Shown: piece after piece, positions 10,297-20,319 of the stretch | Position numbering within the stretch: the stretch's first letter is position 1 | Layout: the number at the start of each line of letters is the position of its first letter | DNA from: Bdellovibrionales bacterium | GTDB lineage: Bacteria > Bdellovibrionota > Bdellovibrionia > Bdellovibrionales > UBA1609 | Direction of reading: 5' to 3' | Assembly (NCBI GenBank): GCA_965203225.1 | Contig: CBDBBW010000007.1 | Coordinates: 423,574-487,573 of the forward strand | DNA: 64,000 nt | Made by a program: the position numbers and the translations under genes | The notes under the pieces: model-generated | Told to the model about the DNA's origin: nothing | The model's database searches: none | The model's input: only the letters and a program-made list of their open reading frames with translations

Positions 10297-10829
10297 ATAT
10301 TCCCCCGCAGTTGGTTGTCTCTCGCCGGCTTGGTGATAGTTAGATGGTCAACCCATTGAAAAAGCCCCAATAAGGGAAAGGACAGAATCCATGTCATCAG
10401 CCCTCCTCCCAGCCAGGCAATAAATCCGTGAAAGTACACCGGACCATTCATCATCCGGGTTAAAACCCAAAGTAAAACCGGGAAAGAAAGCAAAGTGAGC
10501 GCACAGGCGATGCTGAAAAACATCCAACTGGTGTAATAAATTCTTTTAAATAATAGAAGCACCAGTAAAATCACGGCATTAAAAACCAAAAAATAGCCGG
10601 TTAATAAAGAGGAAGTGGAGGCCGTGTTAAAAGTGATAAAATACACTATAAAAACAGCTTCCACTGTTTGGCGGTAAAGCGCCCAGTAGATCAAACAGGG
10701 TATCCATAAATAAATAGGAATATTGTCAAAAAGGGAAGGCCATAAACTGTTTTGAATTATGGTAATCAATAAAAAAAGCGCTATCATGGTCGTATAATTT
10801 AAAATCGCCAGCTTGTAATTGATAAACAT
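10293..10829 (-). CDS. mreD: rod shape-determining protein MreD
   Basis: Small polytopic membrane protein between mreC and mrdA with a 4-nt overlap with mrdA. The call rests mainly on position and topology. Confidence 0.7.
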   Translation of the reverse strand: MFINYKLAILNYTTMIALFLLITIIQNSLWPSLFDNIPIYLWIPCLIYWALYRQTVEAVFIVYFITFNTASTSSLLTGYFLVFNAVILLVLLLFKRIYYTSWMFFSIACALTLLSFPVLLWVLTRMMNGPVYFHGFIAWLGGGLMTWILSFPLLGLFQWVDHLTITKPARDNQLRGNI

Positions 10830-10842
10830 TAAAATGATTCCT

Positions 10843-11661
10843 TTAGAGTTTTTGCTGTTTCATTATAAGCACTTCCTCTAATCGTGAAGGGTTGATAAAA
10901 GGTGTGACGGTTATCTCCTGTGTAAGGCTGTCCTGCTGGTTTTTTATCTCTGTGACAGTTCCAATAGGAAAACCTTCCGCGTATAAAGGGCTTAATCTGG
11001 AAGTGACAATAACATCCCCCTTTTTGACATCGTCCCTTTTTTTCAGATATTTCAGCTTGCATAGACCTCTTTTTGCGCCTTCCACCACTCCTTGTACGCG
11101 GGATCGTTGAATGACGGCGAGGATAGCTGAGTGCGGGTTCGTCAGTAAGATCACTTGTGAAAAATCAGAAAAAATACGAAACACATAGCCCACAACACCT
11201 GTTTCATTAATGACAATCGTGTTTTTTTTAACATTATGGCGGCTTCCGCGGTTGATTGTAATGAACTGGTATTTGGAAACAGGATCCCAGCTGATAATCT
11301 GAGCTGAAATAAAATGTTTTTTTCTTTTTTTTTTGAAATTCAACAGAGTATTTAGCCGGTTGTTTTCCTGCTGTATTTCCCGCATGAGGGAAAGACGGGA
11401 TTTAAGCTGTCTGTTCTCCTCTGTTAACTTTTTGTTTCTTTTTTTGACTTTGATAAGATTCAAATAAGTGTCAACCGTGTGATGAATGGAGTTGGACAGG
11501 GAATGGTAGACCAGCTGTGTTTTGCTGTTTACGAAAACGAAGGATCTGAAAATAAAATTGTTTTCCGTTTTTGTCCGGTTCAAGGTGATAAAAAATACAG
11601 GCACAATCACCAGAAAGATGATTAAAAAGACTTTTTTTATGTCAAAATTAAAAAAATGCAA
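10843..11661 (-). CDS. mreC: rod shape-determining protein MreC
   Basis: N-terminal TM, a coiled-coil segment (LTEENRQLKSRLSLMREIQQENNRL), then beta-rich MreC-type domains (GVVGYVFRIF..SQVILLTNP, VTSRLSPLYAEGFPIGTV). Confidence 0.85.
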   Translation of the reverse strand: MHFFNFDIKKVFLIIFLVIVPVFFITLNRTKTENNFIFRSFVFVNSKTQLVYHSLSNSIHHTVDTYLNLIKVKKRNKKLTEENRQLKSRLSLMREIQQENNRLNTLLNFKKKRKKHFISAQIISWDPVSKYQFITINRGSRHNVKKNTIVINETGVVGYVFRIFSDFSQVILLTNPHSAILAVIQRSRVQGVVEGAKRGLCKLKYLKKRDDVKKGDVIVTSRLSPLYAEGFPIGTVTEIKNQQDSLTQEITVTPFINPSRLEEVLIMKQQKL

Positions 11662-11793
11662 GATAGCCTCTTTATTCCTTATGGTTATTTATGAGATTAT
11701 ACACTTATATTGTTTGCTTTTTCCCTTTGTTCAAGATAAATTATCTCTTATCAACTCCGTATAAAAATTCACATCTTAAAAATACAAAGAATT

Positions 11794-12825
11794 ATGTTTG
11801 AGAAACTTAGAAAGCCGGTCCGAACAAAAAATATTGCCTATTATGTTATTTTTGGTCTTATATGCGTGGTTTTTGTGTTTATCGGGGTGCCGATGGGACA
11901 AATGTCCAGTATAAGCGGATCTGCTTTCATAGTGAATAATAAAATGATTTCCTGGTCAGAATATCAAAATTACCTTGAAATGGTAAGACAACAATCTCAA
12001 AAAGGGGATTTTGGATCGGATTTGGAAACTCAGCGTCAGGAACAACTGAAAAAGCAGGCTATTGATACTCTGCTGAATACGGAGCTAATAAATCAGGAGG
12101 TAGACCAGGTAGGGCTGACTCCTGTCGACAAAGAGGTGCAGGATAAAATTGTGAAGCTTCCTTTTTTTCAGGAAGAAGGCCGGTTTACGCATTCTAAATA
12201 TCGTGCTTTTTTGTCCGCTCGTCGGTTCTCCGCCGGTTATTTTGAAAACCTGATCAGAAAGGAAATACAAACCGCCCGGTTCCAAAATATGTTTAATGTG
12301 GCCGTACGTGTCTCAGAGGGGGAGAAAGAAAAAAGAAAATGGCTGGAGTCATTTAAAGCGCAGGTCAGCTATATTGAGTTTGGGTCTGATGAGCTAAAGC
12401 CGGAGGAGTCAAACAGCATCAACACGATCGTGCGGGAAGGGGACATGGCTTTGCTGGATCAGGTTGTTAGAGATAAAAAATGGAAATGGGAGCAAACGGA
12501 GGTTTTTAATTTACGGCGCGTTTCTTTGCCCGGTTTGGAATCTCATAAAATACTTTTTAATGAGGTATTAAATTATTTTCCTGAAACAGGGTTGATTAAA
12601 AAAACTGTCAATTTGCGTGATCGATTTTTTATATTAAAGGTGGATTCTTTTGTGCAAGCAGAAGAGCCAAATGAGCAAAAAGCTTTCCCTGTTTCGGATT
12701 ATTTTTTTACAAATATGATGTTGGCCCGGATGACTTTTTTATCTTGGGTTCGCTCCGCCCGGCTGTCAGCGAAATTACAATTCAATCCTCGTCTGCAAAC
12801 AAACCAGCCGGCGGAGTTGGAATAA
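11794..12825 (+). CDS. PpiD/SurA-N-like periplasmic chaperone (membrane-anchored)
   Basis: The N-terminus MFEKLRKPVRTKNIAYYVIFGLICVVFVFIG is typical of PpiD-type anchors. A SurA-N-like helical region follows. No clear parvulin domain was seen. Confidence 0.6.
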   Translation: MFEKLRKPVRTKNIAYYVIFGLICVVFVFIGVPMGQMSSISGSAFIVNNKMISWSEYQNYLEMVRQQSQKGDFGSDLETQRQEQLKKQAIDTLLNTELINQEVDQVGLTPVDKEVQDKIVKLPFFQEEGRFTHSKYRAFLSARRFSAGYFENLIRKEIQTARFQNMFNVAVRVSEGEKEKRKWLESFKAQVSYIEFGSDELKPEESNSINTIVREGDMALLDQVVRDKKWKWEQTEVFNLRRVSLPGLESHKILFNEVLNYFPETGLIKKTVNLRDRFFILKVDSFVQAEEPNEQKAFPVSDYFFTNMMLARMTFLSWVRSARLSAKLQFNPRLQTNQPAELE

Positions 12826-13075
12826 ATCTCTGTGTGAAGTAAATCCCTGTTGCCAATACTTTTTTTTTTAACGGGTTCAGACAGCAAGTTGGAATAAATC
12901 TCTGTGTGAAGTAAATCCCTGTTGCCAATACTTTTTTTTTTTAACGGGTTCAGACAGCAAGTTGGAATAAATCTCTGTGTGAAGTAAATCCCTGTTGCCA
13001 ATACTTTTTTTTTTTAACGGGTTCAGACAGCAAGTTGGAATAAATCTCTGTGTGAAGTAAATCCCTGTTACCTTG
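12816..13075. repeat. 72-73-bp tandem array (~3.6 copies) starting inside the last codons and stop of 11794..12825
   Basis: The unit gttggaataaatctctgtgtgaagtaaatccctgttgccaatacttttttttttaacgggttcagacagcaa starts at 12816, 12888, 12961 and 13034. Confidence 0.9.
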
Positions 13076-13515
13076 ATTCATCCTGTATAATGTGTCTTAT
13101 GTTCTATTCTATATAAAAAATTTCAATTGTTTTTGTGTGCCTTATTCCATCTTTTTTAAATCTGCCACAAATATTTCGAGTAAAAAATCTCAAAAAAAAC
13201 TAACACTAATGAAAAGAAAAGAATTCTCCTCACTGATACATGGAACAAACACGAAAATATTTATGAATTCTTCAATAAGTTCTATTTTTTTTTTGAAAGC
13301 AGAAGATACACTCATCAAATAATAAATAGATTTTTATAGCGACACAGATACTTTAGTCTTAAATCCTGAGTCTGGTAATAGTGAAAATTTTTCTTTCTTA
13401 CTGGATTATTAGCTTAAACCTTGAGTCTGTTTTTTTCTTTAATCTTATTCTTTGAATTGTTTTTTATTCAATCTATGTTTGTACTGAACCGATAAAAGCT
13501 ATTACAGGAGGTAAT

Positions 13516-14718
13516 ATGAGAAAGCTTGTTTTTTTATTGACGATATTTTTAATTGGATGTGACACTTCTGTTGGTTTTGACAGTTCACCTCCTTGGGTTG
13601 ATGCTCTTGCCTCTGAGGTGGGTGCAAATAAAAAGAAAAAAATAGATAATCCACGAGGTAAAAAAAGAGGTAAGGGTAAAAAAAGAGGCAAGAAGGTTAG
13701 GCGAACACAGACTATAGCGGATGTGGTTCAGCCCCGCCCCGCTCCTCCTCCTCCTATGACAGACCCGACACTGCCGAAACAACCGGACTTTGTTGTAACT
13801 TTAGAAGAAGCAGTGACTAAACCTAAAGTGGGAAAATATTCTCAGCCAACTCCGGTTCCTGCTCCGGTTCCTGCTCCGGTTCCTACTCCTACTCTGAATG
13901 TACATGATTCAAGTGCTTCATTGGATCGAGAGGCCGTTCGTCCTCAGCCTGTTCAACCACCTTCAGTTCCGGCGAAAGCGGATATTGTTTTTATCGTGGA
14001 TTCCTCTAATTCTATGAATACTTTTTTAAGAAAAGTTGGCACAACCTTTGCCGGGTTTATTCCCGCTTTGGAGCCATTGGATTGGCAGATTATGTTTACT
14101 AATGCAGACTATAGTTGGTTCAAAAAAGGGTACGCCATGAATCTGGAGAATGATGGCAAATTGTTGTGGAAGAAAAAAATAACAAAGGGCATGAAAAATG
14201 CTGAATCTATTTTCTTGGATACATTGAGATTACATAATGAATATGATGAATATCGTGAATATTATAGGGGTGGTAGTGTTGAAACAAGCCCTTGTATATT
14301 AGCCCCCGGTTGTCAAGGGTGGGATGAACAGCCTTTGAAAGCTTTACAATCCTCTTTTGTCGTAAATCGTTCATTTTTTCGCCCAGGTGCGGATGTAATA
14401 GCTATTATTTTTTCTGACAGTGATGAAGCCGCGGACATAAAACAACCTAAATCCAAAACAAAAGCACAGAATGTTGTTCAGGCTTTCCAAAAGCAATGGG
14501 GAGACGACAAAAGATTAATAACTTATGCGATTATTATGATTCCTGAAATTGATGAAGCTTGCAGAAGAAAATATGAGGGTTTCTGGAGAGGAGGCGAAGG
14601 TCTTTTTGGAAAAGAATTCCAAAAATTGGTTGAAATGACAGGAGGTGCAAGTTACAGTCTTTGTGACAGCGATTATACACCTTTAGCACAAAAAATTGTT
14701 TCTGATTTACAAAAATAA
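13516..14718 (+). CDS. lipoprotein with polybasic and Pro-rich linker plus vWA-like (MIDAS DSSNS) domain; paralogue family member 1
   Basis: AGGAGG RBS and lipobox LTIFLIGC. Linker segments are KKKKIDNPRGKKRGKGKKRGKKVRR and the PVPAPVPAPVPTP spacer. The domain motifs are DIVFIVDSSNSM, WQIMFTNADY, CILAPGCQGWDEQPLKAL, IIFSDSDE, YAIIMIPEIDEAC and TGGASYSLCDSDYTPLA. Confidence 0.85.
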   Translation: MRKLVFLLTIFLIGCDTSVGFDSSPPWVDALASEVGANKKKKIDNPRGKKRGKGKKRGKKVRRTQTIADVVQPRPAPPPPMTDPTLPKQPDFVVTLEEAVTKPKVGKYSQPTPVPAPVPAPVPTPTLNVHDSSASLDREAVRPQPVQPPSVPAKADIVFIVDSSNSMNTFLRKVGTTFAGFIPALEPLDWQIMFTNADYSWFKKGYAMNLENDGKLLWKKKITKGMKNAESIFLDTLRLHNEYDEYREYYRGGSVETSPCILAPGCQGWDEQPLKALQSSFVVNRSFFRPGADVIAIIFSDSDEAADIKQPKSKTKAQNVVQAFQKQWGDDKRLITYAIIMIPEIDEACRRKYEGFWRGGEGLFGKEFQKLVEMTGGASYSLCDSDYTPLAQKIVSDLQK

Positions 14719-14745
14719 TATCAAAGTGGAAATGTAATATTTCTA

Positions 14746-15678
14746 ATGTTATGGCGTAAAATAATATTCTTTTTTTTATTTTTCGTATTTTCTTGTGGAT
14801 GTGGCCTTTCTCGAGATACTGTTTCTTTCGAGGAGGGTCAAGCAAGAGGAGTTGATGGGGCATCTGCTCGTATCAGCAACAGGACGGAAAATAATGTTCT
14901 GGACCTAAGCTGGGAGTATAAGGAATCTAAACGGCATAAACAGGTAGATATTCTTTTTGTAGTGGACACCACTTATCACATGATTAAACATCTGAAAAAA
15001 GTGTATGCCACTTTTAGAGATTTTTTACCGAATCTGTCTCCTTCCCATTGGAAAATAGCTTTTACAAATGCGGATTACAATCCGCTTGTTTTTTCCTATT
15101 ATAATCGCGCTTCGTTTGAAGGGAAGATCATGCCATTGGAGCTAAGAGGGAGGATTCTTCCTTATAATATTTTATATCCTTATTTTACAAATAGTGAAAA
15201 AGTATTTTTGGATACTTTAAAAAGATATGAAAAAGGGGATGTATTTGGTGATTCCAATCAGTACATAAACCCCTGTGATTTGCCTCCTTATTGTCAGGGG
15301 AGTGTACGGTCCCCCATTCGCTCCCTTATGAAATCCTTTTCAGTGAATAAAGACTTGTTCAGAAAATACGCTGATTTTGTGGTTGTTATTTTTACGAATG
15401 GAGATGATGAATACGTTGGAAATAATATGGTAAATGTGCTTTTTAATGAGTTTCAAAGTTATCATGGGCCGGATAAACGCATAAAGATATACAGTATTTC
15501 GATTATTCCAGGAGATCAAGATTGCTTTCAAAAAGATCAATCCTCTCATTATAGTTTTGCTAATTCCACTTACAGTCAAAACATTCACGAACTGGTTAAA
15601 GCCACAGGGGGAGAAGCAATAAGTATTTGCGAAGCCAGTTACTCTCCCTTAGCTAAGGCTATTGTGCAAGCGCTATAA
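14746..15678 (+). CDS. vWA-like lipoprotein paralogue 2 (MIDAS degenerate)
   Basis: Lipobox FVFSCGC. Motifs are DILFVVDTTYHM (the DxSxS is lost), WKIAFTNADY, CDLPPYCQG, VIFTNGDDE, YSISIIPGDQDC and TGGEAISICEASYSPLA. Confidence 0.85.
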   Translation: MLWRKIIFFFLFFVFSCGCGLSRDTVSFEEGQARGVDGASARISNRTENNVLDLSWEYKESKRHKQVDILFVVDTTYHMIKHLKKVYATFRDFLPNLSPSHWKIAFTNADYNPLVFSYYNRASFEGKIMPLELRGRILPYNILYPYFTNSEKVFLDTLKRYEKGDVFGDSNQYINPCDLPPYCQGSVRSPIRSLMKSFSVNKDLFRKYADFVVVIFTNGDDEYVGNNMVNVLFNEFQSYHGPDKRIKIYSISIIPGDQDCFQKDQSSHYSFANSTYSQNIHELVKATGGEAISICEASYSPLAKAIVQAL

Positions 15679-15698
15679 GTGAGACAGGTGCATCCCCA

Positions 15699-16011
15699 TT
15701 ACTTTAGAAAAAACCCGGCAGTATATTCAACTATAACTTTTACGCTCAAGTGAATTTCAAAAAAATCTCTATCGCTTACTTTATGAAAAAACCCGGCAGT
15801 ATATTCAACTATAACTTTTACGCTCAAGTGAATTTCAAAAAAATCTCTATCGCTTACTTTATGAAAAAACCCGGCAGTATATTCAACTATAACTTTTACG
15901 CTCAAGTGAATTTCAAAAAAAATCTCTATCGCTTACTTTATGAAAAAACCCGGCAGTATATTCAACTATAACTTTTACGCTCAAGTGAATTTCAAAAAAA
16001 ATCTCTATCGC
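15699..16011. repeat. 78-79-bp tandem array, ~4 copies
   Basis: aacccggcag recurs at 15711, 15790, 15868 and 15947. The unit is ttactttatgaaaaaacccggcagtatattcaactataacttttacgctcaagtgaatttcaaaaaaatctctatcgc. Confidence 0.9.
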
Positions 16012-16142
16012 TTTTTTATTATCTTCCCGGTAGAAATAAGGCTTCGTTTTTTTTTAACTGATTGTAATACCAACTAAGGTCTTAAATTTTTTATCAAAGA
16101 ATTTTTTGATGTTATTATTTGTAAGCCTGTAGTCCTGATACC

Positions 16143-17531
16143 ATGACTAATTTAATACATTTTTTTTTATCTTTTGTTATTCTTTTGCAAAAGGTAACAA
16201 CTGTGAAATACTTTCTGTTTTGTTTATGTGTGTTTTTTATATCATGTACTAAAGGCGTGGATTTTTTTAGTTCGGTTGAGGAAACTGATCCAAAAATTGT
16301 TATCACACATCGAAATCCATTTAGTGTTGTGGACAATGTAAAAAAGAGTCGGAAGAAGCGGAAAAGGAAAAAATCTTATCGACCGCCTCCATCGGAAAAA
16401 TTGATTGTTTTGGCTGGGAATGTGCAATTTGTTCCACAGAGTTCAGTCAGTGATACCATCGATGATATTAAGTTGTCGCCTCCAAACCCAGTTGATGATG
16501 TTGTTCCTATCCACTTAAAAGACAGTGAAAATCCCCCTGTCTTAGTACAACCGACACAGGAGGTGCCTCTTGTGAGCGTCGTCTCTTCTGCTTCTCCTTT
16601 ATTGCAGAAAGAGAAAGTCTCGGTGGTTCAATCTGACTTTGCAAAAAAAGAAGCAGTGCAATTTTCCCCTCCGATGGTTCAGGATGAAAAGAGGCAACCC
16701 TCTTCCTCTCCCGCATTACAGCTTGCTGTGGAAGTGGACAAGCCTGATGAAATATTTATTCTCCGGCCTTTGGATATTTTATTTATTATTGATACATCTG
16801 CATCCATGAATCAGCATTTGAATGTTTTTAAAACGAAGTTTGCGGGCTTTCTAAATTATTTTTTTGATTTACACTGGAAGGTGGCTTTGACCAATTCAAA
16901 TCACGGTGAGAACAGGATATTTCTATACAACATAGGAGCTTTAAAAGGATCGGCTATGAAATTGGAAAGAGCGGGGGTCGTGCTGAATATTCGCTATCTG
17001 TCCCCGGATATTGCCAATTATAATCAGATTTTTATAGACAGTATTTCAAGGAATTCGTACACAAGGGAGGGAGACGGTGGATTGGAGAATGTGGATTTGT
17101 GCAGTCTACCTCCTTATTGTGACGGAGATCAGGAACAGCCTTTGAAAGTTTTAAAATCCGCTTTAGTCAAAAATCAGGATTTCTTCAGAAAAGAGGCGGA
17201 TCTGGCGGTGGTGATTATCAGTAATTCCAGGGAAAGAGGTGGTGATCCCTCATTGGCTACACAGTCGGAAGAAATTGTCGAACAGTTTCGAATCACGCAC
17301 GGATCCCGTAAAAGATTTGAAGTATACAGTCTTATTATTCCGGATGGGGATATGGATTGTCTAAATCAAAATATTGATCGGCAGTTTTTCTTTCCTGAAG
17401 GGGCTTTCTCAAAGGAGATCGCTGTTTTAAGTGAAATGACGGGAGGTAAGGTATTCAGTATTTGTTTGCCTGATTATCGGGTTTTAGCTCAAAGCATATT
17501 TAATTCCTTTGCTACACCTAACATGGAGTAA
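16143..17531 (+). CDS. vWA-like lipoprotein paralogue 3 (polybasic tract, long Pro/Ser/Val linker)
   Basis: The start is more probably GTG at 16204, giving (M)KYFLFCLCVFFISC. KKSRKKRKRKKSYRPPP follows. Domain motifs are DILFIIDTSASM, WKVALTNSNH, CSLPPYCDGDQEQPLKVL, YSLIIPDGDMDC and TGGKVFSICLPDYRVLA. Confidence 0.85.
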   Translation: MTNLIHFFLSFVILLQKVTTVKYFLFCLCVFFISCTKGVDFFSSVEETDPKIVITHRNPFSVVDNVKKSRKKRKRKKSYRPPPSEKLIVLAGNVQFVPQSSVSDTIDDIKLSPPNPVDDVVPIHLKDSENPPVLVQPTQEVPLVSVVSSASPLLQKEKVSVVQSDFAKKEAVQFSPPMVQDEKRQPSSSPALQLAVEVDKPDEIFILRPLDILFIIDTSASMNQHLNVFKTKFAGFLNYFFDLHWKVALTNSNHGENRIFLYNIGALKGSAMKLERAGVVLNIRYLSPDIANYNQIFIDSISRNSYTREGDGGLENVDLCSLPPYCDGDQEQPLKVLKSALVKNQDFFRKEADLAVVIISNSRERGGDPSLATQSEEIVEQFRITHGSRKRFEVYSLIIPDGDMDCLNQNIDRQFFFPEGAFSKEIAVLSEMTGGKVFSICLPDYRVLAQSIFNSFATPNME

Positions 17532-17545
17532 TCATACGCAGAGCT

Positions 17546-19390
17546 ATGTTTCATAAATTGATTAAGGCAATAAAAAAAAATTTTTCTTTAGATGTCCGTT
17601 CCCTTGCTTTGTTTAGAGTGGCGCTTGCACTGATTTTAATTATTGATTTCCTGTTTACCCGGCTTCCTTATTTTACTTTGTTTTATACGGATAAAGGGAT
17701 TTTACCTCTGAGAATTTTGTTCCGTGACAAGTCTTTTTGGGCCAGCTCCAGCTCTTTAAATTTTATCTCTTCCAGTCATGGGTACCAGTTGGTTTTGGGC
17801 ATCACAGCGCTAATATTTTTTTTTATGCTTCTTGTGGGGTATAAAACAAGATGGGCTGTGCTGGGATCCTGGATTTTAGTTGCTTCTTTTCATTCTCGAA
17901 ATTTTTTAATTCTTAACTCCGGCGACATATTAATTTGTCTTTTGTTGTTTTGGTCTTTATGTCTTCCTTTGGGAAAACATTTCTCCTTGGACAGCGCCTT
18001 AATGGAAAAAACAAAGCAGGTTTTTTCTGTCTTTTCCGTGAACTCTTTTTCCTTCATCTTTCAGATTCTGCTCGTTTATTTTTTTACTTATTTGATGAAA
18101 TCGGATAATGTATGGAGCACAGGACAGGCGGTTTATTATGCCTTGATGCTGGATAATTTCAGAACAGCCTGGGGGGACATTTTATTACAATATCCCTATG
18201 TCATGCGAGTATTATCTTTTATTACTTATAATATTATTGAAAACTTTGTGCCGTTGTTGTTTGTGTTTTTCGGTTTTTGGTGGCGATTTAAAGTGCTACT
18301 GATTTTGGTTATGTGTTTTTTTCATTTATCTCTCGGGACTTTTTTACATTTGGGTCTTTTTTCATGGGTCTGTATTGCCGGATGGCTGGCTTTTTTGCCT
18401 TCAGAGTTTTGGGAGCATATAAAAGAGCTTCTACCGGCGGGGAAACGTAAATTATTTGTATATTATGATGAAGACTGTACTTTTTGTAAAAAAGCCAGCC
18501 GGTTAATACAAACATTTTTGATTCTTCCCCATGTGCCTTTTGCTCCGGCTCAATCAGACAGCCGCACTTGGGAGGAAATGCAGAAAAGAAATTCATGGCT
18601 GGTGTTTGACGGGGAAGACAACTGGTATAGTCGTTGGGAGGCCTGGGTCGTGTTGATTTCCCGTTCCCCTTTGTTTTTCTATTTAGCCCCTCTGTTTAGA
18701 ATAAAAAAGCTTTCTGCTTTGGGGGACTGGTGTTACGGAAAAGTAGCTGAAAATAGAAAACAACTGGGGTACTTACTTCCGAATTTTCAAAAAGAAAGAA
18801 GTCAAAAAAAAATATTTTCAATATTGCTGACCGGATTTTTCTTTTTTTCGTTTGTATATGTAATCATGTGGAATGTTCGTACTTTGGATTTTAAATATTA
18901 TTCAAAATATATGCCTAAGGAGTGGAATAAATTTGGAGCTTTTTTTCATTTGAACCAATATTGGAATATGTTTTCTCCCAAGCCTTTGGACAAAACCGGC
19001 TGGATTATTCTCTCTGCTGTTAAATCAGATACGGATGAAAAAATAGATCTGTGGAGACAGGGAAAGCCTGTCAGTATGAAAAAACCCATCAGATATGACA
19101 CCAGTTTTCCAAATTTCCGGTTCAGGAAAATGCTTGAAAATTTTGTCCTGCAATATAAAAAATATAGTGTGAATTATCTGCTGTATCTTTGTGGTGAGTG
19201 GAATACAAAAAAGTCCGGACGATATATTGAAAAAATTGAGTTTATTTATATGGAGCAAAAAATCCCTTCTCCGGAGCGTGTGACCAGCCCAGCCTCCAAT
19301 ATGGAGCAAAAAATCCCTTTTTCGGAGCGGCTTTTGCCTCCAAAAAAGGTATCAATACGTAAAAAACGCTGTCCTCGTCAGCGTGGATGA
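17546..19390 (+). CDS. HTTM-domain multipass membrane protein fused to a DCC/DUF393-like CxxC thiol-disulfide oxidoreductase module
   Basis: The HTTM-type N-terminus is SLALFRVALALILIIDFLFTRLPYF... with about 8 TM segments. The central module is KLFVYYDEDCTFCKKASRLIQ (the DCC CxxC signature). The C-terminus NQYWNMFSPKPLDKTGW is as in HTTM/LMF-like proteins. The gene starts 14 nt after paralogue 3. Confidence 0.8.
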   Translation: MFHKLIKAIKKNFSLDVRSLALFRVALALILIIDFLFTRLPYFTLFYTDKGILPLRILFRDKSFWASSSSLNFISSSHGYQLVLGITALIFFFMLLVGYKTRWAVLGSWILVASFHSRNFLILNSGDILICLLLFWSLCLPLGKHFSLDSALMEKTKQVFSVFSVNSFSFIFQILLVYFFTYLMKSDNVWSTGQAVYYALMLDNFRTAWGDILLQYPYVMRVLSFITYNIIENFVPLLFVFFGFWWRFKVLLILVMCFFHLSLGTFLHLGLFSWVCIAGWLAFLPSEFWEHIKELLPAGKRKLFVYYDEDCTFCKKASRLIQTFLILPHVPFAPAQSDSRTWEEMQKRNSWLVFDGEDNWYSRWEAWVVLISRSPLFFYLAPLFRIKKLSALGDWCYGKVAENRKQLGYLLPNFQKERSQKKIFSILLTGFFFFSFVYVIMWNVRTLDFKYYSKYMPKEWNKFGAFFHLNQYWNMFSPKPLDKTGWIILSAVKSDTDEKIDLWRQGKPVSMKKPIRYDTSFPNFRFRKMLENFVLQYKKYSVNYLLYLCGEWNTKKSGRYIEKIEFIYMEQKIPSPERVTSPASNMEQKIPFSERLLPPKKVSIRKKRCPRQRG

Positions 19391-19404
19391 AATTGCCGAT
19401 AGGG

Positions 19405-19511
19405 TATAAAACCAATTTGATAGTGTTGTTTTTCCAAAAGCGGCGGTTTTTTGTTTATTCGTAAATCAAAATCCAATTATAAAACCAATTTGATAGTGTT
19501 GTTTTTCCAAA
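19405..19511. repeat. two copies of a 34-bp core spaced 73 bp apart
   Basis: tataaaaccaatttgatagtgttgtttttccaaa starts at 19405 and 19478. Confidence 0.8.
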
Positions 19512-19573
19512 TCGATAAAAAAATGAAATAAAATTCAAAAAGTTCAAACAAGTAAAATCCCGGCAGGTTATTT

Positions 19574-20293
19574 TTATCGAGGCCGGGCCATGATCAATAT
19601 TTCCTCTGTGGATAAGCGGGTCATTTTCGTCAATTTTTTTACAAACCAAAAGAACAATCCAATAGTAAAGACGGTCATGGGAAGTCCGATTACGATAAAA
19701 CCCATCCAGGTCATGTCTGCTATTTTTTTGTTTAAGATAATTTCCTTTTTAGTTGATGAAAGATCTGAAACTTCCTCCGGAGAGAAAATATAAAGCGCCA
19801 GCACAAAATTTAAAATGGCGCTAATGAAAAAAGACAAGGAGAATATAAAAGTGGATTTTCTGAATAATGCTTTTAGGTGATTCATGGAGGAAAAAGTTTG
19901 TATTTTTTCTTCAATAAGGTCCCATTTGAAAAGATGGGAATGGCGCATCAGATATTCAAAGAAATTTTTTTTTGTGTAAGAGGATATGAAAACAAATACC
20001 CCTATCAGTAAAGGAAAAGCGGCCTCTTTAACGGCAAACCATATTCCGTCTACTTTATACAGAGCGAAGCCTCCGGTAAAGAGAACATTTAAAATTCCAA
20101 AAAGGGAGATGATGTTTTTTCTTTTGTTTTTAATAAGATCAAAAGCACCGTAAAATACTGGAAAGGCCAGTGCCAGTAAAAGCGTCAAAATGCCTGCATT
20201 TTCGCCGAAAATAACATGGCCTTTATTTAAAAAGAAAATGGGAATAAAGATATTAAATAAAAGATTGAAGAAGGGATTTTCCCGTTGATTCAT
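19574..20293 (-). CDS. multipass inner-membrane protein (YciB/VC0807-like N-terminus)
   Basis: The N-terminus ENPFFNLLFNIFIPIFFLNKG is followed by 5-6 hydrophobic segments. The family call rests on resemblance only. Confidence 0.5.
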   Translation of the reverse strand: MNQRENPFFNLLFNIFIPIFFLNKGHVIFGENAGILTLLLALAFPVFYGAFDLIKNKRKNIISLFGILNVLFTGGFALYKVDGIWFAVKEAAFPLLIGVFVFISSYTKKNFFEYLMRHSHLFKWDLIEEKIQTFSSMNHLKALFRKSTFIFSLSFFISAILNFVLALYIFSPEEVSDLSSTKKEIILNKKIADMTWMGFIVIGLPMTVFTIGLFFWFVKKLTKMTRLSTEEILIMARPR

Positions 20294-20319
20294 GATGGAC
20301 TGTTTACTCAGTGGGAAGG

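Noticed and set aside
13092-13322. 76-aa ORF in the AT-rich region upstream of the vWA-like cluster
   Set aside because: It has low-complexity AT-driven composition and no RBS. It is more likely promoter or leader DNA.
15699-16011. Possible CRISPR arrays (here and at 12816, 26444, 26941, 31968, 42200, 43407)
   Set aside because: The units are contiguous head-to-tail with no unique spacers. Each array has a different unit. No cas genes are in the window. They are tandem minisatellites.
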